DNA of 54,198 nucleotides, filler included, from Squatina squatina (lineage: Eukaryota), in NCBI GenBank assembly GCA_031763465.1. It is 3 parts of 3 records of this genome, joined end to end, with 100 filler letters (N's around TTAATTAATTAA, not from the genome) between each part and the next. Parts side by side here need not be neighbours in the genome. Positions count along the whole stretch, not along the records: positions 18,873 to 35,224 come from JARFOE010451568.1; 2 more parts are not named here. The stretch is one strand, 5' to 3'. The notes below the pieces were generated by a model, which saw only the letters and a program-made list of their open reading frames with translations, had not been told where the DNA came from and did no database searches. The translations under genes and the position numbers were made by a program. Positions 24,581-35,280 of this stretch are shown piece after piece (within the stretch, counting starts at the first letter, position 1; each line of letters starts with the position of its first letter).

Positions 24581-26494
24581 AATAATTACTGTCAACACAT
24601 TTGACATAAAATGTTTCTTTAGCGTCCAATATGAGACGAATAACCTAAAAAGCAATAGCTTTTTCTCAGATGCAAATTTCTGTCAAGTGTGGAAGCGTAA
24701 GCTTTGGCACTGTAGCTTGTACAAACATTGCACTGGAAATCCCTGTGACTGTATCGGCATTCCATTTAAATTATTATATCCAAATAAATCTATTATCCGT
24801 CTGTGTTTGACGTGTGATGAGGTATTAGACTTTCCAGCTGTGGTCGTGAATAACAAGCTGTTTTTTTTTTCAATCTACCAAATTCTGTGTTGAAGTCCAA
24901 CATTGAGGTCAATTATTTATCTGCTTGTTTATGAAATGGGAAGTAAGCACCGGTAGCACGGAGGGTAATTTTCACCTTTACCACATGGATGACAACGTGA
25001 AGAACGGATGACCTTCCCATAGTAAAGCCCGCCCGAATTTCATCCCATTGTTGCCCCTGCATCAAGACTGCTGTGTCTGTTGCTGCACTATTTAAAAAAA
25101 GTAATAGCGAGGGGTCTGCCGATCTCCCGTGGTAACTTCAACCCGATACACTGTTGATCCTGGATGACAAAAATCTTGATCGAAGCTGTGGGAGAAGAGC
25201 AGTCGAAATTCTAATGCAGTCACTGTACTTTGACCATGCAGACGAAACTTGGGATAGATTGTAGTTTATATCGCCTGAATATTAAACATCGGCCGACCCT
25301 GTGATTAGAAATTGGTTTTGCGCAGTGGCGTTGAGCAGGAGGTTGCACATCGGCCGCCTGTTATACACCTCGCTTGATATTGAGTTCGACATAAATCAAT
25401 GGAACTGGACATCAGGCGGGGAGTGAGAGGCAGGCACGATGGCGCCGTTCTACCCCTGTGTGTAGAAAGGAAAATATGTCAGCAATGACTGCAGGTGTTA
25501 GCAGATCCCGCCCGATTTTTTTTCCATTCAGAATAATGGAGGAAAATCCGCTCTTTTTTGGCAAGTCTATAATCCGCGCGGAGGATTTGGCTTTTTATGC
25601 TTGGCCGAGATGATGCAGAAAACCCTGCATGTAAAGATTAAAATCGATCGCATGGTTCTCGGAGAACCAACTTTCTTCCATTGATAGTAATAGAGGACAA
25701 TCTGTTGCTGTCTTTATGGAAGCATATCCTCTGCGATAGCGAATAGGCAGTACAAAGTACATTTCCATTGATTCCTCCCGCACCACAGTGCGCTCTAACA
25801 AGATGAAACTAAATCACCAGGTGGGAAAGACGAAAATCTACACCTATATTTAAAGTACAAATACGCCTAAAACATCGAATAGAACCCAAAATGTGATCCG
25901 CTCACAGGAAATGTCTGGTGAGTCTGAGCATTCAGCCTTTTCACGCGGCTGGCCAGTTGTCTGTGAGACGGGAACCCGGACAGCTCCCGGTTGGGAAAGG
26001 GGTAGGGGGGAGGGCAACAGTTAGCTGCGATGCTGACCTGGCAGCTTGTTCGGTCTCCGGGTGTGATTCAATTCCAGGGATGTTACAATACGACAGCTAT
26101 GGGCTGGGGTGTACTTGTGAGTGCGGGAGAATCTCTTGTTTGTCCAAGTTTCATAAATATATAACAGAAAGTTTTTTGCCTTTCATTGAGCAGCCTCGGG
26201 GGATTCCTTTAAGAATCTGGTTTCATCAGATCCTAATGCTTGGATCAGCCACACAACGACAAGAAATTCTATCGATGCCGAGACATCCGTAAATAAACTT
26301 GCTGAATTTAAATATTCAGAGCAAACTCTGTTTCCTCTCAGTTTGTTATATTAAAAATATAACAGAAACGTGAAACTATTTGAGTTATCTCTTTGATGCG
26401 GTAATTTCAGTCTGCAAATAAAACACAACAAAGCAAACAGATAATATCATTACAACTGTTAAAGGTGAGTATTAACTGGTTATAATCGGCTTAC

Positions 26495-26564
26495 CAGGAA
26501 CACCAACTATTGCAAGAATCGGATAATAAATGTTTTCTATCTGTATGATTACGGGCTGTCCCAT
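26495..26564 (-). CDS. GPR139-like GPCR paralog B exon 1 (intact)
   Basis: ATG...CCTG|gtaagc, 70 bp, phase 1; MGQPVIIQIENIYYPILAIVGVP (YYP.LA.VGVP family motif). Confidence 0.85.
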
Positions 26565-26624
26565 ATTCGGAGAGGAGACGTTGACTGTAACAGTTCCGGG
26601 CACGCAGATTTTTGCTTTCAAAAT

Positions 26625-26745
26625 AAGCACTTATTTATAACTGAGAGAAACCTCAAGTGACACATGAGCATTACACAATACTTCGCGTTAGTTACTGTCA
26701 TTTGAACAAACAGATTAAGGCGAGTCATCTGAAGTGCTACTGATA
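26625..26745 (-). promoter_or_regulatory. Putative promoter of GPR139-like paralog B
   Basis: TATAAATA on the minus strand at 26632-26639; upstream block AACAAACAGATTAAG shared with paralog A. Confidence 0.5.
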
Positions 26746-28839
26746 CTATTTATAGATTCATGCACGGCATTTCATGGAACAAATGCGCGTATTCATGATG
26801 GCTCAGCTTTCTCTACCTCTTAGTTCTATCAACAATTTTCCCTATTATTTTTAATTTGAGACTTATATATTTTATATTAATATGGATCAATGCTACATGT
26901 GATACCGAAGAATATTCAGATACACACAGAACGTGATAGTCAGCTGTATACGGCTGAGCTGCCCCACAGATTTGCAGATTTGTTTTGGAAGTATTCACAG
27001 ACCTTCTGCGGAGGTAAAAGAGGTATCAACGGTTTGAAGGTGAGGGGGGCGGGGGAGAGGGGTTTGTCCATTCGAATGCATTCGAATAAAACCTCTAAAA
27101 TGCCCAACTGTAAGTAATCAGGAAATGTCATTAAGAGAATCCTAGTGTTCTCATGGCAATGACGAAGTTAATTGTGCCGGCCAGCAGTCTGTGTAATACA
27201 TGCATCATATAATCTTCATGGGGTTTCTTTGTCTTTGTCCACGATCTTCTTTGGAAATAAATTAAGCAGAAAAATAACCAGTTGTGTGTAGAAGATGACA
27301 GTCTGAATGGAATGTTATCACACATCGAGTGACAATCGCTGATTTTCATCTCTCTGATTGGGGAACAATTAAAATATTTTTGTTGAAAGGAGACAGTAAA
27401 TGTAGTCAATAAATCAATAATACCCCATAAGCTCTGAAGTCTGTCGACCTCCAAATTTTGTTGAATTCAAGATTTTAACTGTTCATTTTAAGATTTTCAA
27501 ACTATCACGCCTCATCTTTTTGGGTGTTCGGTTCTGAATGGAGACCGGAAATACTGGACACAAACAACTGAGCAAGTAATGTTTGAACCCAGCAGAAGCG
27601 GGAAATGACATCTCATGTAGCTCTATTTTATCTCGAGACCCGGAAAGTGATTCGTGCGCGTTTCTGGCAGTAGGCTGCACTGAATGAAACGGCCGGGAAT
27701 AATTAGTCTGCCGGATGCTGATTTCCACCTCGAAAACTGTCCCGAAGTTGATGGCAAGTTGCTACCAGGCCGTTTAACCCAGGTGGGCGGGGCTGCTGAC
27801 AGGGACCTTCAAGGAACCGCATCCGAGCACAAGATAAGTGGATGGACAGAGAACGTGAAGAGGGAAGGGAGGAACCCAAGCTAGGGAAATCCTAGAATCC
27901 TTGTGCGACTCAGAGGGGAATCCCTGCTCCTAATGATCCGCAGGTAAGAGCAAGTGTCAGGTGCCTGGATAGCCTGCGGTACCGGTCATCACAATCTCCT
28001 ACAGCAAACGGATTGGTTGCATGCGACACAATGCTGCAAACACCAGTGAGTCAGCAGAGGTGCTGTCCAGAGAAATCAGGGTCAGTAGACTGATGTCACA
28101 GAGCCAGGTAGAAGTCGGAGCTTGTTGAACAAGCCGGAGAACCTGCTCATGCACAGAGGCCACAATAGCGGATATGGAACAACTTGACTTGAATAATTTC
28201 GAAAGCCAAAGCATTAACATGTGCTAATATTATAGTGTGTCTCGCAACAACAAATTGATCTGAATCGCAATGTTAACGGTAACTCTTTAGCACCAGCCGC
28301 ATGTCGAGGCTTTTGTCGACATTGGACTAATCACACTAGTCAGTTGCAAACATTCGTTTCACTGCCAAATGTCAACATTCAACTTCCCTCCGTCTGTGTT
28401 TCACAACAAAATGTTTCAATGGAGCCAGTTAATAGCTGATGGTAGCCTATACCATATAGGCTATTGATATGCAGCACACTGATCGGCCGGATTGTATACA
28501 GAGAGACCAGCTTTTCGGTTTCGGTACCTTTCAACGCTCAGAAGATCTACTGAAGTGAATGCTCCTTTACGGGCACATATATCAAATTTGCAAGTCATAG
28601 AAAAGACCTCTTGTGTCAATCCCAACTCATTTGAAGAAGGTCTATTCATGTAAAGAGTTGCAGTTGTTTACTTCAAAGATACTTCCCTCGAACAAGACTA
28701 ACTATTTTGAATCTCGACGAAGAACAGGGTTCATTAACGTTATTAACTAGGTTGAATCGACACCTCGGCATGTGTTTATCTTTAATTACTCATGGCTGAC
28801 GTCAATACTGTCACCTATTTCCTTACACAAGAAATTTTC

Positions 28840-31418
28840 GTCCGGAACCAGGTTATGGAGATCCTCACATAGTCTGGAGAAAGGTTATGGAGATCTTCAG
28901 GTAATCTGGCAAAAGGTTATGGAGATCTTCACCTGGTCTGGAGCCTGCTTATGGAGATCTTCGGCTGGTCTGGGGCCAGTGATGGAAATCTGCAGCTGTT
29001 CTGGAGCCAGTTTATGTGGATCTTCAGTTGATCTGGGGCCAGGTTATGTGGAATTTCAGCTGGTCTCGAGTCAGATGATGTCGATCCTCACTGATATGAA
29101 GCCTGGTTATGGAGGTCGTCAGCTGGTCTGGAGCTAGGTTATGTATCTCCCTATGCTAGGTTATGTATCTCCCTATGCTAGGTTGAATCGACACCTCTGC
29201 ATGTGTTTACCTATAATCACTCTTTAATAAGCTGCTCTGGAATGAAGATATGTGGATATGCAGCTGCTCTCGAGCGAAGTTTTGGAGATCTTCATCTGGT
29301 CTGAGCCAATTCATGAAATATCTTCAGCCGAACTGGAGCGAGGTTATGGAGATCTTCAGCAGGGTTGCTACCAGGATATGGAGATCACCATTTGCTCAGG
29401 ACTCAGGTAGTGGAGATCTTGAGCTGGTCTGGAGACAGGTTATTGGGATCTTCAGCTGTTCTGTAGCCATTTTATGGAGAACTTCAGCTGGTGTGGAGCG
29501 AGGTTATGTAGATCTTCAGCTCCTCTGGAGCCATGTTATGGAGATCTTCAGCTGGTCAGGAGCCAGTTTATGGAGATCCTCCACTGGTCAGGAACCAGGT
29601 ACTGGAGATATTCAGCTGGCCTTGAGCCAGGTGATGGATATCTTCAGCTGGTCTGGATCCAGGTTCTGTCGATCTTCAGCTGGACCAGAGCCAGTTGGTG
29701 GAGATTTTCACCTGGACTGGAGCCCGATGATGGAGATCTTCATGTGTTCTATCGTCAGGCAATAGAGATTTCAGCTGATCTGAACCAGATCATGTCGGTC
29801 TTCATGTGGTCCTGAGCCAGGTAACGGAAATCTCAATCTGCCCTGCAGCAAGGTTATGGAGATGTTCCGCTGTTCTGGAGACAAGTGAAATGGATCCTTG
29901 GCTGGTCTGGAACAATATTACGTGGATCTTCAGCTAGTGTGGAGCCAATTTATGGAAATCTTCAAGTGTTCTGGAGCCAGGTTATATGGATCCTGAGCTA
30001 GTCAGGACAGGTATATATAGACCTTCAGATGGTCTGGTGCCAGTTTATGAGGATATTCATCTAATGTGGAGCAGGTTTATGGAGGTATTCTGCTGAACTG
30101 CAAACCAGGATAAGCCAATCTTCAGCTTGTCCAGCGCCAGGTTGAGGAGATGTTCAACTGATCTGGATCGAACTGATGGAGATCTTCAGCTGGTCTGGAT
30201 CTAAATGATGGAGATCTTCAGCTGGTCTGGATCTAAGTGATGGAGATGTTCGGCTGGTCTGGAGCCAAATAATGCAGATTTTCATCCAGGCTAGAGCCAG
30301 TTTATGTGGGCCCTCAGCTTGTCTAGAAGCAGGCTGTTTGCATCTTCAACTGGTCTTGAGCCAGGTTAGGTGGATCTTCAGCTTGTCTGGAATCAGTTTA
30401 TGTGGAACTTCATCTAGTCTGGAAGCAGGTTATGTTGGTCTTCAGCAGGTCTGGAGTGAAGTTATGGATCTCTTTCACTGATCTACAGCCAGATTGTGGA
30501 GATAGTTATCTGGTCTACAGCCAGGTAATCTGGATTCCCAGCCAATCTGGAACCATTTTCTGGATATCCTCAGCTAGTCTGGAGCCAGATTACGGAGATA
30601 TGCAGCTTGTCTGGAGCAAGGTTACGTGGATCCTCAGCTGGTCTGAAGCCAGTTTATGGAGTTGTTCAGCTGGTCTGGAACCAAGTTATGTGGCTCTTCA
30701 GCTGGTCTGGAGCCATATTATGCAGATCTTCAGCTCGTCTGGGGCCAAGTTATGTTGACCTTCAGCTGGTCTGGAATCAGTTTATGTGGACTTTCAGCTG
30801 GTCTGGAGCCAGGTTATGGAGATCTTTATCTGGTCTGAGCCAAGTTCAGGAGATCTTTAGGCGAACTGAAGCCAGATTATGGCTAGTCTGGACAGGATTA
30901 TGCAGGTCATCAGCTAGTCTGGAGCCATATTACAGAGATCTGCAGCTTGTCGGGAGAAAAGTTATGTGGATCCTCTGCTGCTCTAGAACCAGTTTATGGA
31001 GTCGTTCATCTGTTCTGGAGCCAAGTTATGTGGATGCTCATCTGCTCCGGAACCAGTTTATGGAGATGTTCAGCTGGTCTGGAGCCAGGTTATGTGGATT
31101 CTCAGCTAGTTTGGAACCAGTTTATGGAGATCTTCAGCTTGGCTGAAGGAAGGCTACGTGGATCCCCAGCTGGTCTGGAACCAGTTTATGGAGTTGGTCA
31201 GTTGGCCTGGAACCAATTATCTGGATCTTCAGCTGTTCTGGAACTGGTTTATGGAGTTGGTCCGCTGACCTGGAGCCAATTATGTGGATCTCCAGCTGGT
31301 CTGGAGCCAATTATGTGGATCTCCAGCTGGTCTGTAACGAGTTCATGGAGAGGTTCAGCTGGTCTGGAGCCAGGTTATGTGGATCCTCAGCTTGTTTGGA
31401 ACCAGTGTGTGGAGATTT
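28840..31418. repeat. 32-bp tandem satellite, left block (~75-80 units)
   Basis: Consensus tggagatcttcagctggtctggagccaggtta; e.g. near-identical consecutive units at 30177-30208 and 30209-30240. Confidence 0.97.
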
Positions 31419-31419
31419 T

Positions 31420-32450
31420 TTATTTAATTCGTTCCAGGAATGTGGGTGTTGCTGGCAAGGTCACCATTTATTGCCCATCCCTCACTGCCCTTGAGAAGGT
31501 GGTGATGAGCCACCTTATTGAACTGCTGCAGTCGTTGTGGTGAAGAAACTCGCACAATGCTTTTAGGGAGGGTCTACCAGGACCTTGACCCATTGACAAT
31601 GAAGGAATAGCAAAATACTTCCAAGTCAGGATTACGTGCAACTTGGAGGGAAACTTGGAGCCTGTGCTGTTCCCATGCGTCTGCTGCCCTTGTCCTTCTA
31701 GACAGTAGAGATCATGGACTTGGGAGGTGCTGCCAAAGAAGCCCGGGTGAGTGGCTGCAGTACTCATTGCAGCCACAGTGCACCGGTGGTGCAGGGAATG
31801 AATGTTTACGGTCATGGAAGATCAAGTGGACTGCTTTGTCCTGGATGGTCTTGAGTGTTGTTGGAGCTGCACTGAAAGTGGAGAGTATTCTATCACCCTC
31901 CTGACTTATGCCTTCTAGATAGTGGAAAGGCTTTGGGGAGTTAGGAGGTGAGACAATCACCACAGGAAACCCAGCATCTGACCTGCTCTTTTAGCCGCAG
32001 TGTTGCTGTGAATGGTCCAGTTTAGCTCCTGGTCAAAGTTGACCCCCAGGATTTTGATGTTGGGGGATTCAGCGATGGTAATGCCATTGAATATCAAGGG
32101 GCGGTGATTAGATGCTCGCTTGTTGGAGACAGTCATGCCTGGCACCTTTGTGGCGCAAATGCTGCTTGCCACTTTTCAGCCCAAGCCTGGATGTTGTTCA
32201 GGTCTTGCTGCATGCAGGCGTGGACTGCTTCATTATCTGATGAGTTGCACATGGTACTGAACACTGTGCAGTCATCAGCGAACGTCCCCATTTCTGAACA
32301 TATGATGGAGTGAAGGTCATTGATGAAGCAGCTGATGGTGGTTGGGCCTAGGACACTGCACAGAGGAACTCCTACAGCAATGTACTGGGGCTGCGATGAA
32401 TGCCCTCCAATCACTACAGCCATTTTCATTTGTGCTAGTTATGCCTGCAG
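31420..32450 (-). mobile_element. 5'-truncated CR1/L2-group LINE (RT domain to 3' tail) inserted in the satellite
   Basis: GVPLCSVLGPTTISCFINDL...FADDCTVF...QQDLNNIQAWAEKWQ; ILGVNFDQELNW; 3' tail ccaccttctcaagggcagtgagggatgggcaataaatg...gaattaaataaaaa. Confidence 0.92.
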
Positions 32451-33556
32451 CCAGGTGGTGGAGATCTTCAGCTTGTCTGGAGCCAGATATTGCAGATATT
32501 CATCTGGTCTGGAGCCAGTTTATGTGGACCATCATTTTGTCCATAACCAGGTTACTTGGATCTTTAACTGGCCTGGATCTAGGTTTGATGTGGCTTCATC
32601 TGTCTGGGAGCAGGTTATATTGATCTTCAGCGATTTACAGCCAGGTTATGGAGATATGTCCCTGATCTGGAGCAAGGTCTGTGGATTCTGAGCTGGTCTG
32701 GAACCAGTTAAGGAATACCTTCAACAAGTCTGAAGCCAGATTACCCAGATCTGCAGCTTGTCTCGAGCAAGGTTATGTGGATCATCAGCTGGCCTGGAAC
32801 CAGTTCATGGTGATGTTCAGCTAGTCTGGAGCCAGGTTATGTGGATCTTCAGCTGGTCTGGCGCCAGATTATGGAAATATTCAGTTCATCTGGAGTGAGT
32901 TTATGTGGATCCGCAGCTTGTCTGGAACCAGGTTTTGGAAATCTGCAGCTGGTCTCGAGCCCGCTAATATGGATCCTGATCTAGTCTGGATCAGTTTATG
33001 TCGATCTGCAGCTGGCCCGGAGCCAGTTTATGTGGATCTTCATATGATCCGGACCCAGGTTATGGTGACATTCTGTTGATCTGGAACCACGTTAAGCAGA
33101 TCTTCAGCTTGTCCACAGCCAGGTTAAGGAGACTTTCAGTTGGTCTGGATCCATGTTTTGGAGATCTTCAGCTGGTCAGGAACCAGATAATGGAGATATT
33201 CAGTTCTTCTGGAGCCAATTTATGTGGATCGTCAGATTGTGTGGAACCAGGTGACATGGAGCTTCAACTGGTTTGGAACCAATTTATGCAGATATTTAGC
33301 TTGTCTGGAGCGAAGTACTGGAAATCTTCTGCTGCCATTCAGCCAGGTTAAGGACATATTTAGCTGGACTGGACTAGATTATGGGGGCCTCCAGCTGATC
33401 TGGAGCCAGGTTATGGAGATATTCAGCTGGTCTGGAGCCAGGTTATGTGGATCTTCAGCAGGTCAGGAGTCAGGTTATAGAGATCCTCAGCTTGTCTGGA
33501 ACTAGTTAGTGGAGATGTTCAGCTCGGCTGGAGAGAGTGTATGTGGACGTGCAGCT
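32451..33556. repeat. 32-bp tandem satellite, right block (~35 units)
   Basis: Same consensus resumes after the LINE and stops at the LTR. Confidence 0.97.
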
Positions 33557-34125
33557 TGTTGGAGGGGTGGATTGATTAAGACTTCACTCGACACCCAGGT
33601 CTGTTCCAATCGTCAAAAAGGTTATTGTTTTACACTGGTGGGGAGCAAGTAATGGGCAAACCATGCGCTTTAGCTCCCGAACAAAGAAAATCATACGTGT
33701 CTTACACATTTACGCAGCCGATGTCGGCTGGCTGCAATCCAATCACAATTTTCGTTGATTACATACACATCCAATCCAATTAGTAATTAGACATCATGTG
33801 TCTGCACGATGAGCTCGTGGTCAGTCTCTGACCTTCCTGTGATGTTTACCAGACACCTTTCCAATCGAAAGTGGGCTCTCACTTACATTGCTCAAGACTT
33901 TTCTTATCTCCTCCACATTCTGGACATATCTTGTGGTGAGCAGTTGCACCGTGCAGCCGCCGGCCTTCTAAAAAGGAGACCCGGTTGAGCGCGGATAACT
34001 GGCTGGGTCTGTGGCCACAGGAATGTGGACAAGCTATTAGAGCTCCCATGATGCCTTGCACACCAGTTGGTAACAACCTATTTGATATGTATATGTAGCT
34101 GCTTCGGCCATGGCTGGCTCTAACA
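33557..34125 (-). mobile_element. 3' LTR of an endogenous retrovirus/LTR element (~569 bp)
   Basis: Minus strand begins TGTTAG and ends CCAACA; polypurine tract GGAAAGGTGGGG immediately 5' (34127-34138); several CCAAT boxes at 33739-33865; abrupt boundary with the satellite. Confidence 0.8.
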
Positions 34126-34329
34126 ACCCCACCTTTCCGCAATGGCCTACCCTTGGGCCCATTAACCGACCGATAGGGTTATACATTGCCCGGTATTCCC
34201 TGCCTCAAGCTTCCGGGCCAGTCACGTGATTTCGGGAATTTTGCTCATTCAGATCAAATTAATATGTCCCAGATTAACACTCGCTTTCAATGCCAAGTGC
34301 CGTTTGTGCAACCTTGCTGTGACCTCCCC

Positions 34330-35224
34330 TTTTCTTTTCGCAGGGTGCATCATCTACAAGACGTGCAAGCCATTATTCCCCTTGTCAGGGCTAATATTAT
34401 TTGCACGGCTAACAGTACGTGTGATATTATTCTGATCCAAGGGTGGATGTTAACATTCATCCCTCATTCCCATACCTCCTCCCACCAGCTTGGGCTTTAG
34501 AATGTTCGTTCAGTATCTTCCTCGAGGGCCTCCAATTTGCTCTGTAACTGGTGGTAGAGTCTGATCGACTGACCCACCCACTGTCTCATTTCCCACAACT
34601 GCTCCGCTTGGTGTGGGATCGGTGCCTGTTCCGGCTCTTCAGACTCTTTAAGATGATCATGGAGCTGATCAGTTGCGGTGAATGGCTCCAGCTCTCATTG
34701 CTGGAGGTGGACCATGTGGGCCTGAACTATGGTCACTGGCCGGCGAGGGGTGAAACAGAAATCAGGATAAGGAATGGGGCAGCTTAAGCGTCCGTAGCGG
34801 TATGATCTTTCCGAGTGGAGATGCAATACTTCCCCTCTCCTCCATGTCCTGACCGTGCAAAATGTTGTGGGGCAGGGGTGATTTCAAGGACACACACTTC
34901 AGTTAAAACCACACTCGTCCAATTCCCCCTGTCCAACCAATGGGGGCATATAGGCATACTACCCTGTTGTTTGCATCCGGTAAAGGAGACCCTGTATAGA
35001 GTCCCGTTCCTGTGCATGACATGAACATGAGTGAGGTGATATCGGAGGGAGGTATTGTCTCGTATAACTTTGATATTTTCCAGCTGGTCTTGGGGGAGCA
35101 GTCCCGTATTTGCAGTTACAATCGGAATCATGAGGACCACCCTTATCCCAGTTATGTGGCTGGCTTCACAATTGGGGACTACTGGGTGGACCCTTGTCAG
35201 ACATTTCAGGGCACAATTGTCTAG
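34330..35224 (-). pseudogene. Decayed envelope glycoprotein C-terminal half, F-protein-like (candidate lokiretrovirus-type env)
   Basis: Cys-rich ectodomain with N-glycosylation sequons (NTS, NGT), heptad region LYHQLQSKLEALEED, Trp-rich SWWEEVWE*G, hydrophobic TM WIRIISHVLLAVQIILAL; located directly upstream of PPT and LTR; stops and frameshifts. Confidence 0.75.
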
Positions 35225-35268
35225 NNNNNNNNNNNNNNNNNNNNNNNNNNNNNNNNNNNNNNNNNNNN

Positions 35269-35280
35269 TTAATTAATTAA
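35269..35280. other. Artificial contig linker TTAATTAATTAA inside an N run
   Basis: Same construct as 18817-18828. Confidence 0.95.

Noticed and set aside
25595-25801. TATDC motif suggesting the missing GPR139-like TM3
   Set aside because: Surrounding residues are not hydrophobic and lack the SVW/FDRF motifs; likely chance
28840-33556. 32-bp repeats as a CRISPR array or a repetitive protein gene
   Set aside because: Units are head-to-tail with no unique spacers, the context is vertebrate and there are no cas genes; 32 is not a multiple of 3 and all frames have frequent stops
28840-33556. Immunoglobulin switch-like region because of repeated AGCT
   Set aside because: Only about one AGCT per unit, no G-cluster repeats and no Ig exons nearby
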